Origin: an uncultured Acidobacteriota bacterium
Lineage (GTDB): Bacteria > Acidobacteriota > Vicinamibacteria > Vicinamibacterales > UBA8438
Assembly (NCBI GenBank): GCA_913043225.1
Contig: CAJWLU010000036.1
Coordinates: 1-22,749 of the forward strand
Direction of reading: 5' to 3'
Length of the DNA stretch: 22,749 bases
The notes beneath the pieces are model-generated. The model worked only from the letters and a program-made list of their open reading frames with translations. It searched no databases and was not told the origin of the DNA. The position numbers were made by a program, and so were the translations under genes. Shown piece after piece: positions 8,856-17,871 of the stretch (positions within the stretch are counted from its first letter, which is position 1; each line of letters starts with the position of its first letter).

Positions 8856-10574
8856 CTACTGCTTGAGCGCGAACACCCAGATCACGCCCCCCTGGGGAAC
8901 GAGGATGTCCCGCTCGAGGTGCACGTTGACGGCCCGCTGCATTCCCGCAGCATCGACACCCCAGCCGGACTGCACCGCGATGTACTGCACACCGTCGATC
9001 TCGTAGGACGAGGGCACGCCGGTCACGCCCGAATTGGTGCGCTGCTCCCACAACACATCGCCGGTCTCCGCATCGAAGGCACGGAAATAGCGGTCGTGGG
9101 TCCCCCCCGCGAAGATCAGTCCGCCGCCGGTGGCAAGGATCGGACCCCAATTCTGCGATTCGGGGAACTCGTGGGTCCACACTTCCTCGCCCGTCGAGAG
9201 GTCCCAGGCCTGGATCTCACCCAGATGGGGGGCATCGTCGACCACGAAGACCTGCGACGAGGCCCCCGTGTAGCCGGCGCCAGGCCGATACTCCACTTCC
9301 CGGCCGACGATCGTGGAACAGAGGTTCTCGTTGGCGGGCACATACAGGTAGCCAGTCAGCGGGCTGTAGGCTGCCGGCGGCCAGTCCTTGCCGCCCCACA
9401 ACGACGGACAGAACGTGGCGGGCTTGTTGGTTCCCGGCTTTCGCTCCTGGTCGTACTCGGGCCGACCGGTCTGCGGGTCTATCGAGGTGAAGACGTTCTG
9501 GTCAACGTAAGCCTCTGCGTCGATGAAGTTGATCGCATTCGCCTCTCGCTCCAAGAGCCAGAGATAGCCGTTCCTCGCCGGATGGACCAGCGATTTGATC
9601 GTCCGACCGGCACGCGGCACGTCGATCAGCAGTGGCGCCGACACCTCGTCCCAGTCCCAGGACCCATTCCAGTGGTACTGGTGGTGCGCCTTGATCTCGC
9701 CGGTATCGGCGTCCATGGCCACCACGGAGTTCGTGTAGAGGTTGTCTCCCGGCCGCTGGTCGCCGATCCAGGGCCCTGGGTTCCCGGTACCCCAGTAGGT
9801 CAAATTGAGCTCGGGATCGAACGACCCGGTGATCCAGATCGAAGCCCCACCCCGCTCCCAGGTATCTCCGGGCCAGCTGTCGTTGCCCGGTTCGCCTGGT
9901 CCCGGCACGGTGTGTGAGCGCCAAACCTCGTCGCCGGTGGCCGCGTCATAGGCGGCGACAAACCCTCTGATCCCGCGCTCGCCGCCAGACGCACCCACCA
10001 GCACTTTGCCATTGGCCACGAGCGGTGCCATCGTCATGTAGTAGCCGCGGGTGTAATCCGCCACCGAGGTTTCCCACGCCACCTGGCCGGTGCGGGCCTC
10101 GAGCGCAACAACGAAGGCGTCGTGGGTGGTGTAGTACACAAGGTCGCCGTGGAGGCCTACGCCCCGATTGGTCCAGTGCGACCGAATCGCGTCGTCGGGC
10201 AGCGACCGACGGTAGCGCCACAGGACGTCTCCCTCTCGCGCATCGATCGCGATGACCTGGTCTTCTGGAGTGGTCACAAACATCACCCCATCATTGACAA
10301 TCGGCGGCGACTGGTGCCCCGAAGTCACTCCGGTCGACAGCGTCCACACCGGCACGAGCCCATCGATATTCTCGGTCGTGATCTGGTCCAGCGGGCTGTA
10401 GCCCCAGCTGTCGTAGGTGCCGCGATACATCAGCCAGTCGTCGGCATCGGGCGAGCGCAACCGCTCGTCCGTGACCGGCGTGTATTGAACATCCTGACTG
10501 CTGGCTAACACCGATACGCCCAGCAGCACGATGACGGCAAACGTGAGTCGCGTCGTGACTTGTCGTCCTAGCAT
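8856..10574 (-). CDS. PQQ-dependent dehydrogenase, methanol/ethanol dehydrogenase superfamily, secreted
   Basis: Signal peptide; DWLMY..YDSWGYSPLDQI, NRG, GGERGIRG, GTGNPGPW, GDNLYT, WDWD, RNG, CPSLWGGKDW, repeated Trp-docking motifs, GVQYIAVQSGWG. ATG 10574 follows a GAGGGG RBS. Confidence 0.93.
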   Translation of the reverse strand: MLGRQVTTRLTFAVIVLLGVSVLASSQDVQYTPVTDERLRSPDADDWLMYRGTYDSWGYSPLDQITTENIDGLVPVWTLSTGVTSGHQSPPIVNDGVMFVTTPEDQVIAIDAREGDVLWRYRRSLPDDAIRSHWTNRGVGLHGDLVYYTTHDAFVVALEARTGQVAWETSVADYTRGYYMTMAPLVANGKVLVGASGGERGIRGFVAAYDAATGDEVWRSHTVPGPGEPGNDSWPGDTWERGGASIWITGSFDPELNLTYWGTGNPGPWIGDQRPGDNLYTNSVVAMDADTGEIKAHHQYHWNGSWDWDEVSAPLLIDVPRAGRTIKSLVHPARNGYLWLLEREANAINFIDAEAYVDQNVFTSIDPQTGRPEYDQERKPGTNKPATFCPSLWGGKDWPPAAYSPLTGYLYVPANENLCSTIVGREVEYRPGAGYTGASSQVFVVDDAPHLGEIQAWDLSTGEEVWTHEFPESQNWGPILATGGGLIFAGGTHDRYFRAFDAETGDVLWEQRTNSGVTGVPSSYEIDGVQYIAVQSGWGVDAAGMQRAVNVHLERDILVPQGGVIWVFALKQ

Positions 10575-10633
10575 AGCCCCCTCAATGTAAGGTGAGTGTA
10601 CCCCGAAGGACGCTTCTCTAGGGCCCACGGGAC

Positions 10634-10639
10634 TATAAT
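10634..10639 (+). promoter_or_regulatory. Putative -10 element for the 10676 gene
   Basis: Perfect TATAAT in a divergent intergenic region, followed by a GGAGGAG RBS. No good -35. Confidence 0.45.
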
Positions 10640-10675
10640 CGTTCGACTAATGACCCCAGGTGGGAGGAGACAACG

Positions 10676-11629
10676 ATGACAGGCAGGGCTCTCGTCAGTT
10701 ACGCGGCGCTCGCCGTGACAACCATGGTGGCGGCTCCAGCGGCCGCCCAGGACCGCACGGCGGACGGCCAGCCGAACATCTCTGGCGTCTGGACTAATTT
10801 CGATCCGACCCCGTTTGAAGCGCCCAACGACATCGATCTGGAGCGGCTCGCGCCTCTGGCGGCGTGGTTTCCCGGCACGACCCAGCCGCAACGCCCACCC
10901 GAGAACCCAGACCCCGACGCCCGATCTCGCGGCCCGCAGGGCCCATGGGGCGACGGCCCAGGTGGCGCGCTCCGCAATGCCCGTCGAACGTCCATGATCG
11001 TCGACCCACCCAGCGGCCGCGCGCCGCTTCGGAGGGCCGCCATCCAGGCCCGCAACGACAACCTCATCAATCTGACCGACGGGTGGCTCGAGCACACACC
11101 GTGGGAGCGCTGTATCACGCGGGGGGTCCCCGGCGGCATGTTCCCGGGCGGCTACGGCGCCGGCTACCAGATTCTGCAGGTTCCAGGCTACGTGATCCTC
11201 TTCTACGAGATGATCCACGAAGCACGGGTTATCCCGATCGACGACCGCCCCCCGCTCTCGGAAAAGATCCGGCTGTGGAATGGCGACCCTCGCGGACGCT
11301 GGGAGGGCGACACCCTGATCGTCGAAACGGCGAACTATAACGATCAGGGCACGATCGGCACCAACATCGCAAGCCGCGGGCTCAGGGGCATCCAGCAGAG
11401 CGAGGCCTTAACTATTGTCGAGCGCTTCACCCGGCTTGACGACCAGACCATCAACTACGAAGTCACCATCGACGATCCCGAGCCGTTCACCTCGCCCTGG
11501 ACCGTGGCCATGCCACTGAACAGGGATAGCGGGTATCAGATCTTCGAGTACGCCTGTCACGAAGGAAACTACGGGCTCGAGAACAGCCTGCGCTCCGGTC
11601 GAGCAGAGGACGACGCCGGCGGACAGTAA
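10676..11629 (+). CDS. Conserved secreted hypothetical protein
   Basis: Strong RBS; AAA-Q signal cleavage; DGQPNISGVW, RTSMIVDPPSGR, ERCITRG, YEMIHEARVI, GDPRGRWEGDTLIVET, IVERFTR, IFEYACHEGN, a motif set I recognise from uncharacterised Acidobacteria/Proteobacteria proteins. Confidence 0.85.
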   Translation: MTGRALVSYAALAVTTMVAAPAAAQDRTADGQPNISGVWTNFDPTPFEAPNDIDLERLAPLAAWFPGTTQPQRPPENPDPDARSRGPQGPWGDGPGGALRNARRTSMIVDPPSGRAPLRRAAIQARNDNLINLTDGWLEHTPWERCITRGVPGGMFPGGYGAGYQILQVPGYVILFYEMIHEARVIPIDDRPPLSEKIRLWNGDPRGRWEGDTLIVETANYNDQGTIGTNIASRGLRGIQQSEALTIVERFTRLDDQTINYEVTIDDPEPFTSPWTVAMPLNRDSGYQIFEYACHEGNYGLENSLRSGRAEDDAGGQ

Positions 11630-11691
11630 TTGCCGCCAAAGTGCTTGCTTCCGAACCGCTGGCTACGTAAACAATCGCCGCGAAATACTAG

Positions 11692-11741
11692 GACGTTGCC
11701 GAGTGGGTGGTCGTCGACGAACACACCCCCCCGGCAACGTC
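11692..11741. repeat. Long imperfect inverted repeat (hairpin) in a convergent intergenic region
   Basis: GACGTTGCCG (11692-11701) pairs with CGGCAACGTC (11732-11741); inner GGGTG/CACCC and the palindrome TCGTCGACGA (11711-11720) form the apex. Confidence 0.7.
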
Positions 11742-11822
11742 GTGGTCATCGATACCGAGGCGAGATCCTGGTCCTCCTCACTCTGCAGCAGCACGCCCCC
11801 CCCCGGGCCAAGCGAAGAGTCC

Positions 11823-12986
11823 CTACGCTGAGAGAAAACGCAGCGCGGCCTGGACGCCGCCCCCGGTGTGAGGGATCGCGCTCCGGATGAGGCTCATCTC
11901 TACCCCGGCCAGCGTGCCGAGCAGGCTAAGGTCGTTCAAGTCGCCCAGGTGACCGATCCGGAACACCTTCCCCGCGAGACGCCCCAGGCCCACCCCTAGC
12001 GAAAGGTCGTACTCGTCGAGGGCGATCGCTCTCAGCTGGTCGGCGTCGTGTCCCTCCGGCACCACCACCGCAGTCAACGACGCGCTGTACTCATCTGGGT
12101 GCTGGCACACCAGCTCCAGGTCCCAGGCCGTGACTGCGGCGCGGGTCGCCGCCGCATGCCGTGCGTGCCTGGCAAAGACCTGATCCAGTCCTTCGTCGGC
12201 GAGCATCACCAGTGCCTCCTGCAGCCCGTAGAGAAGGTTGGTCGCCGGGGTGTACGGGAAGAACCCCTTCTCGTTGGCCGCCAGCATCGCCGTCCAGTCC
12301 CAGAACGCACGAGGTAAGGTCGCCTCGAGATGGGCGCCGAGCGCGCGCTCACTCAATGCAGTAAAGCTGAGGCCCGGCGGTAGCATGATCCCTTTCTGCG
12401 ACGCAGACACGGTTACGTCGACCGCCCATTCATCGTGCCGATAATCCATCGACGCCAGTGAGGAGATGGTATCGACCATGAAGAGCGCCGGGTGCCCAGC
12501 CTGATCGATCGCCTGTCTCAATGCCGGAATCCGACTTGCCACACCGGTCGATGTCTCGTTGTGCACGATACACACGGCCTTAACCAATCGGTTGGCATCG
12601 GCTCGCAGGTACGCTTCAATCGCCTCAGGATCCGCCCCACGGCGCCAGTCGCTCGGCAACATGGCAACCTCGAGCCCGAGCTTCTCGGCCACGCCCTGCC
12701 AGAGCGCGGCAAAGTGGCCTGTCTCGGCCATCAACACCCGATCACCCGGCGACAGCGTATTGACCAGCGCCGCCTCCCAGGCGCCCGTGCCGGACGCCGG
12801 ATAGATGACCACCGGCGACGTCGTGCGAAAGAGTTGGCGGACCCCGTCGAGCACCGCGTGGCCCAGCGCCTGGAACTCGGGGCCACGATGATCAATCGTG
12901 GGACGAGCCATCGCCCGCAACACGCGTTCAGGGACGTTGGTCGGTCCTGGAATCTGGAGAAAGTGACGACCGGCTCGGTAGGACAT
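11823..12986 (-). CDS. Class V PLP aminotransferase, serine/alanine-glyoxylate aminotransferase (SgaA-like)
   Basis: GRHFLQIPGPTNVP, DHRGPEF, SGTGAWEAAL.NTLSPGD, VHNETSTG, VDTISSL, SQKG (PLP Lys), FPYTPATNLLYGL, FRIGHLG. Start at ATG 12986 (MSYRAG) matches the usual family N-terminus. Confidence 0.92.
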   Translation of the reverse strand: MSYRAGRHFLQIPGPTNVPERVLRAMARPTIDHRGPEFQALGHAVLDGVRQLFRTTSPVVIYPASGTGAWEAALVNTLSPGDRVLMAETGHFAALWQGVAEKLGLEVAMLPSDWRRGADPEAIEAYLRADANRLVKAVCIVHNETSTGVASRIPALRQAIDQAGHPALFMVDTISSLASMDYRHDEWAVDVTVSASQKGIMLPPGLSFTALSERALGAHLEATLPRAFWDWTAMLAANEKGFFPYTPATNLLYGLQEALVMLADEGLDQVFARHARHAAATRAAVTAWDLELVCQHPDEYSASLTAVVVPEGHDADQLRAIALDEYDLSLGVGLGRLAGKVFRIGHLGDLNDLSLLGTLAGVEMSLIRSAIPHTGGGVQAALRFLSA

Positions 12987-13052
12987 GGGCTTCACGCTCG
13001 GATGCAACTGGGTCCGCGCTGACGGTGGCACGCACTGTCGGCCTGCGCCGAC

Positions 13053-13061
13053 AATCTACCA
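13053..13061 (-). promoter_or_regulatory. Putative extended -10 promoter for the aminotransferase
   Basis: Minus strand TGG-TAGATT fits TGn-TAnnnT. Confidence 0.4.
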
Positions 13062-13105
13062 CCGAACCGGCGCACGGTCCGAGGTGAAGGCCCGGACGGC
13101 TAGGG

Positions 13106-13111
13106 TAAACT
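13106..13111 (+). promoter_or_regulatory. Putative -10 element giving a leaderless transcript
   Basis: TAAACT lies 7 nt before GTG 13119 and there is no Shine-Dalgarno. Confidence 0.5.
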
Positions 13112-13118
13112 GCCCACC

Positions 13119-16040
13119 GTGAGTCAGCTTCAGCGAGATCTCGAAGCCGCGGTCTCCGGAGAGGTGCGGTTCGACGCCGTCAGCCGCTCCCTCTACTCCA
13201 CCGACGCCAGCGTCTATCAGATCGAACCCACCGGAGTCGTGGTGGTGCAGTCGCGCGAGGACATCCTGCGTACGATCGCAATCGCCAGACGCCACGGCCA
13301 GTCGATTACGGTTCGCGGCGGTGGCACGTCCCAGGCTGGACAGGCCATCGGCCACGGGCTCCAGCTGGACGTCGGTAAGCGATTCAATCGGGTACTAGAG
13401 GTCAATATTGAGGAACACTGGGCTCGGGTAGAACCGGGCATCGTTCTCGACGAGTTGAATGCAGCGCTCGCCCCCCATCGGCTCCGGTTCGCTCCAGATA
13501 TCTCAACCGCCAACCGGGCCACGGTGGGCGGGATGATCAGCAATAACTCGAGCGGTGCGCGATCGGTACTGTACGGCAAGACTATCGACCACGTGCTGGA
13601 CCTCCATGTCGCCCTGGCCGATGGCTCCGTCGCGCACTTCCGTCCGATGGCGGGAGACGAATTGGACGGCCACTGTCATCCCGACACTCTGGAAGGGCGC
13701 TGCTATCAGACAGTGCGCCGACTCGGGCACCGGCATGCCAATGAAATAGCCCGCCGCTTCCCGAAGGTCATGCGCCGGGTGGGCGGCTACAACCTCGATG
13801 CCTTCACGAACCCGTCAGCGCCCGTCGATCTGTCGCGGTTGATCGTCGGATCGGAGGGCACGCTGGGTGTGGTGGTGGAAGCGCGCATCAACCTAGTGCC
13901 GCTACCCGACGCCAAGGCCGTAATGGCGCTCGAATTCGATCGCCTGCTAGACGCCCTCGGAGCTACCCCCGTCATCCTCGAGCATGGCCCATCGGCCATC
14001 GAGGTCATGGACCGCTTCATCCTCGACCACGCTCGCGAGAATCCCGCGCTCAACAAGTTACGCCGCGCCGTGCTGCAGAGCGACGACACGCCAGGCGCGC
14101 TGCTTTGCGTCGAACTCTACGACGACGACCCGGCCAAACTTCCGCCGCGCCTGGACGCGATCGAGCAGGACCTGGCACTGCGAGGCATCACGGCACATGC
14201 GTCGCGGGCCACGACTCCCGCCGACCAGGCGCGAATCTGGAAGCTGCGTCAGTCATCCCTCGGCCTGTCGATGGCAATGAAGGGCGACGCCAAGAGCATC
14301 TCCTTCGTCGAGGACACGGCGGTCGCGCCCGAGAAGCTCCGAGACTACATCGAGCGGTTTCTGCAAATCGTCGAACGCCACGGCAGCCGTACCGGCGTGT
14401 ATGCCCACGCGTCAGTCGGATGTCTCCATGTCCGCCCGGTCGTCAACCTCAAAACGGCGGATGGCGTACAGCAGTTCGAAGCGATCGCCAACGACATAGC
14501 GGAACTGGTCTTGGAGTATGGCGGAGCGCTTTCGGGCGAGCACGGAGACGGACTGGTCCGTGGTCCCTTCATCGAACGGATGTTCGGACCTGAGCTCTAC
14601 GACGCCTTTCGCACGATCAAGCGGACGTTCGACCCTGACGGGCTCTTCAACCCGGGCAAGATTGTCGATACGCCTCCCCTCACCGCAAATCTTCGCTACG
14701 GGCCGGAGTACGACACACCGACCCAGAAGGGGTACTTCGACTACGACAGCTACGGTGGACTCGGACGCGCGGTAGAAATGTGCAGCGGCGTCGGCGCCTG
14801 CCGCAAGACACTCGACGGCACCATGTGCCCGTCCTACATGGCCACGCGCGACGAAGCTCACTCGACGCGTGGCCGCGCCAACGCGCTCCGTTCGGCCATG
14901 AACGGACAACTGGGCGAGACTGGACTCGGAGACGACGGCGTGTACGAGTCGCTGGACCTGTGTCTCGAATGCCGGGCATGCAAGTCGGAGTGTCCGGTCG
15001 GCGTGGACATGGCCCGGTTCAAGGCCGAGTTCTTGGCAGATTACTATAGCCGTCACGGCACGCCGCTCCGCGCCCGGGTGCTCGGTCGCATCCATCGTCT
15101 CTCGGCCGCCCTCAGCCCTCTAGCCCGCATCGTCAATCCCTGGCTCCGGATGGACTGGGTCCGAGCACTTAACGAACGACTGCTCGGCATCGACCGGCGC
15201 CGTCCGCTGCCGGCCTGGGCCGACACCCCGCTCTCGGAACGCTGGTCCGAGCGGTCCGCTCCCACCGCTCCGCCGGACGTCGTGCTGTTCCGCGACACGT
15301 TTACCAACTACTACCACCCCGACATCGGCCTCGCCGCGGCGACGCTCTGCGACCGGGCTGGCGTCGGGATCGAACTGGGCCCCGCTGTCTGCTGCGGCCG
15401 GCCGCTGATCTCGCAGGGCCTGCTCTCTGAGGCCCGGCGTCAGGCCGAAGTCACGGTGCGGGCGCTACACGAGCGGATCGCCACCGGTCGGCCGCTGGTG
15501 GTACTCGAGCCTAGCTGCCTCTCGGCGCTCCGGGACGACCTACCCGACCTGGTGCGCGGCGGCGAGTTGCGGAAGCAGGCACGGGCGGTCGCCGATGCGA
15601 GCCGCCTCTTCGAGGAGTGGCTCGAAGCCGCCCTCGGTTCCGGCGCAGTATCGCTCGATCTGCGGCCTGGACCACGCCGGCTCCTCCTTCACGGCCATTG
15701 CCACCAGAAGTCGCTCGGTCTGGTGCCGCCGGCCCAGGCATTGTTGTCTCGAATCCCCGGCGCCGAGGTTGTCACCCTCGATGCGGGCTGCTGCGGCATG
15801 GCCGGCTCATTCGGCTACGCCACCGAGCACTTCGACGTGTCGGCCGCGATCGGCGAACGCCGTCTGCTGCCAGCCGCCCGCGCACTCTCGTCCGACGAGC
15901 GACTGGTCGCCTCGGGCGTGTCATGCCGCCATCAGGTGCACGATCTCGCCAAGACCACGGCCTCACATCCAGTGGAGCTATTGGCTGAACTGTCGACTGC
16001 TCTGGATCCGGCCCCCTCCCACCAAGGTCAGTCGGTATAA
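13119..16040 (+). CDS. FAD-binding and 4Fe-4S oxidoreductase (YdiJ-like, GlcD+GlcF-type fusion; D-2-hydroxyacid dehydrogenase family)
   Basis: YSTDASVY, RGGGTSQAGQ, GGMISNNSSG, GSEGTL, HASVGCLH, SGEHGDG, FNPGK, CSGVGAC..MCPSY, CLECRACKSECP, two CCG motifs, HGHCHQ, SCRHQ. Confidence 0.94.
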   Translation: MSQLQRDLEAAVSGEVRFDAVSRSLYSTDASVYQIEPTGVVVVQSREDILRTIAIARRHGQSITVRGGGTSQAGQAIGHGLQLDVGKRFNRVLEVNIEEHWARVEPGIVLDELNAALAPHRLRFAPDISTANRATVGGMISNNSSGARSVLYGKTIDHVLDLHVALADGSVAHFRPMAGDELDGHCHPDTLEGRCYQTVRRLGHRHANEIARRFPKVMRRVGGYNLDAFTNPSAPVDLSRLIVGSEGTLGVVVEARINLVPLPDAKAVMALEFDRLLDALGATPVILEHGPSAIEVMDRFILDHARENPALNKLRRAVLQSDDTPGALLCVELYDDDPAKLPPRLDAIEQDLALRGITAHASRATTPADQARIWKLRQSSLGLSMAMKGDAKSISFVEDTAVAPEKLRDYIERFLQIVERHGSRTGVYAHASVGCLHVRPVVNLKTADGVQQFEAIANDIAELVLEYGGALSGEHGDGLVRGPFIERMFGPELYDAFRTIKRTFDPDGLFNPGKIVDTPPLTANLRYGPEYDTPTQKGYFDYDSYGGLGRAVEMCSGVGACRKTLDGTMCPSYMATRDEAHSTRGRANALRSAMNGQLGETGLGDDGVYESLDLCLECRACKSECPVGVDMARFKAEFLADYYSRHGTPLRARVLGRIHRLSAALSPLARIVNPWLRMDWVRALNERLLGIDRRRPLPAWADTPLSERWSERSAPTAPPDVVLFRDTFTNYYHPDIGLAAATLCDRAGVGIELGPAVCCGRPLISQGLLSEARRQAEVTVRALHERIATGRPLVVLEPSCLSALRDDLPDLVRGGELRKQARAVADASRLFEEWLEAALGSGAVSLDLRPGPRRLLLHGHCHQKSLGLVPPAQALLSRIPGAEVVTLDAGCCGMAGSFGYATEHFDVSAAIGERRLLPAARALSSDERLVASGVSCRHQVHDLAKTTASHPVELLAELSTALDPAPSHQGQSV

Positions 16041-16051
16041 TCCGCGGCAGG

Positions 16052-17092
16052 ATGCGAAGCCCACTCCGGGCCTTCGGGCGAGCGCCGGTGGCTACGGGCC
16101 TGCTCTGGCTCTTGGCGACGCTATCGGTCTCGGGACAGGACTCGGCCCCACCCAACACCCTGCCAAACGATTACATCACCGTCCTCAACTGGGCGAAGTT
16201 CCCGGATGGGCGCCGCTGGGGCCAGACGTCTGGGGTGGTCGTGGATGTCGATGGGGCGATCTGGGCCATCGACCGCTGTGGGGGCAACAGTTGCGTCGAT
16301 TCGGAGTTGGACCCCATCCTTGTCTTCTATCAGTCGGGTCGACTCCGGGGGAGCTTCGGGGCAGGACGCTTCAACCTGCCGCACGGGCTCTACGTCGACG
16401 GTAACGGGAACGTCTGGGTCACGGACCACGGAACCGATCCCCCGAACGACCGGGGCCATCAGGTGTTCAAGTTCAGCGCGCGCGGTAACTTGATGCTGAC
16501 GCTGGGTGAAGCGGGGGTGGCCGGCAACGGTCCGAACCACTTCAACCAGCCGTCCGCGGTGGTGGTGTCGCCTGAAGGTGACATCTTCGTCGCCGACGGC
16601 CACGGACCCGACAGCAACGCCCGGATCGTCCGCTTCGATGCCCAGGGCAACTACATGCATGAATGGGGCGGCCACGGCACCGACGATGGCCAGTTCGACA
16701 CGCCCCATGACCTGGCTCTCGACGAACGCGGACGCCTGTTCGTAGCCGACCGCGGAAACAATCGGATCCAAATCTTCGAGCAGGACGGGACCTGGTTGGA
16801 ATCGTGGACCCAGTTCGGTCGGCCCAGCGGGCTGGACATCGACGACAGGGACCGACTGTATGTCGCCGACTCTGAATCCCGTACGAACGAGGGCGGTTAC
16901 GGCCACAATCCGAACGTCCGTCGTGGCATCAGAATCGGACGTGCGCTCGACGGCATCGTGACAGGCTTCGTACCCGACCACGCGGAGCGCGGCGTGACCA
17001 GTGGAGCCGAGGGCCTGGCCGTCGACACCGATGGGAACATCTTCGGCGCTGAGGTCGGGCGCGGCGATCTCAAGAAGTACATCCCGCGATGA
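16052..17092 (+). CDS. Secreted NHL-repeat beta-propeller (peptidylamidoglycolate lyase-like)
   Basis: Signal peptide; repeats FNLPHGLYVD..VWVTD, FNQPSAV..IFVADGH, FDTPHDLALD..LFVADRGNNRIQIF, PSGLDID..LYVAD. Confidence 0.9.
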   Translation: MRSPLRAFGRAPVATGLLWLLATLSVSGQDSAPPNTLPNDYITVLNWAKFPDGRRWGQTSGVVVDVDGAIWAIDRCGGNSCVDSELDPILVFYQSGRLRGSFGAGRFNLPHGLYVDGNGNVWVTDHGTDPPNDRGHQVFKFSARGNLMLTLGEAGVAGNGPNHFNQPSAVVVSPEGDIFVADGHGPDSNARIVRFDAQGNYMHEWGGHGTDDGQFDTPHDLALDERGRLFVADRGNNRIQIFEQDGTWLESWTQFGRPSGLDIDDRDRLYVADSESRTNEGGYGHNPNVRRGIRIGRALDGIVTGFVPDHAERGVTSGAEGLAVDTDGNIFGAEVGRGDLKKYIPR

Positions 17093-17871
17093 CCCCGATG
17101 CCCCTGCGCCTGCTGATTGCGGCGCTACTGGTCGCTCCCTCGACCGCGGCCCAACCCCAGCTCCTGATCAGCGTGCTCGACCAGACGGGCGCACCCGTGA
17201 CCGACCTGACCACCGCCGGCGTGTCGCTGGATCACGACGGCGCTCCCCTGGAGGTGGTCTCGATAACCGCGCTACCGACGACCGTACAGGTAGTGGCTCT
17301 CTTCGAAGGTCTGGCCGTTACCCAGCGACAACTCAACAGCGCCCTGACTCAATTCATCTCGGCGCTCGATGCCGACAGCGTCGTCGACATGCAGAGCGTC
17401 GATGGCCCGCTCGATGCAGCCATCATGCAAGCCGTCGGCGATCTCCACGACCGAGGCGCCACACACCCGGTCGTGATCATGCTCGGCCAGGCCAGCGAGA
17501 TGGCGCGCTCCGACTTTCAGTCCTCACAGGTGAGGGGACGACGACAGGCAGCTGACCTGACCGGCGATCTGGACAGTGTCCGCGACGCCCTGGCGGCACA
17601 CGGTATCCCGCTCTACGGCATCAGCGTGACCGATCGCCCACTGGAGAACCTAACGGCACTCGCCATCGGCAGCGGAGGACGCTTCGAGATCATCGGCAGC
17701 CCAGCCGACTTCGGCGACACCCTCTCCGGCATCGGCGCCGAACTGGGCCACCGTTATCTCCTCACGTATCGAGCGGCAAATGCGACCGCGGTACCCCGCG
17801 TACGCGTCAACCAATCGGACACGGTCGCGCGCGCGTCCCACTACCGGCCCACGCACAAACTTCCACGCTGA
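17089..17871 (+). CDS. Secreted hypothetical protein, degenerate VWA-like
   Basis: Signal peptide; SVLDQTGAPVTDL start and L..LA..SGGRF...EL..RYLLTY end resemble acidobacterial VWFA proteins, but there is no DxSxS. ATGA overlap with the NHL gene. Confidence 0.7.
   Translation: MTPMPLRLLIAALLVAPSTAAQPQLLISVLDQTGAPVTDLTTAGVSLDHDGAPLEVVSITALPTTVQVVALFEGLAVTQRQLNSALTQFISALDADSVVDMQSVDGPLDAAIMQAVGDLHDRGATHPVVIMLGQASEMARSDFQSSQVRGRRQAADLTGDLDSVRDALAAHGIPLYGISVTDRPLENLTALAIGSGGRFEIIGSPADFGDTLSGIGAELGHRYLLTYRAANATAVPRVRVNQSDTVARASHYRPTHKLPR

Noticed and set aside
11796..11804. C9 homopolymer as a phase-variation tract
   Set aside because: It lies between two stop codons, outside any CDS or clear promoter.
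11630..11890. 86 aa ORF across the intergenic gap
   Set aside because: TTG start without RBS, overlaps the aminotransferase end, no recognisable content.
8856..12986. Methylotrophy island (xoxF plus serine-cycle sgaA)
   Set aside because: The dehydrogenase lacks the CC disulfide, and no xoxG/J, hpr, gck, mcl or pqq genes are in the window.
16052..17092. True peptide-amidating lyase supplying glyoxylate to the aminotransferase
   Set aside because: The PAL catalytic Tyr motif (DGY) is DGH here, no monooxygenase partner is present, and NHL proteins are common in this kind of genome.
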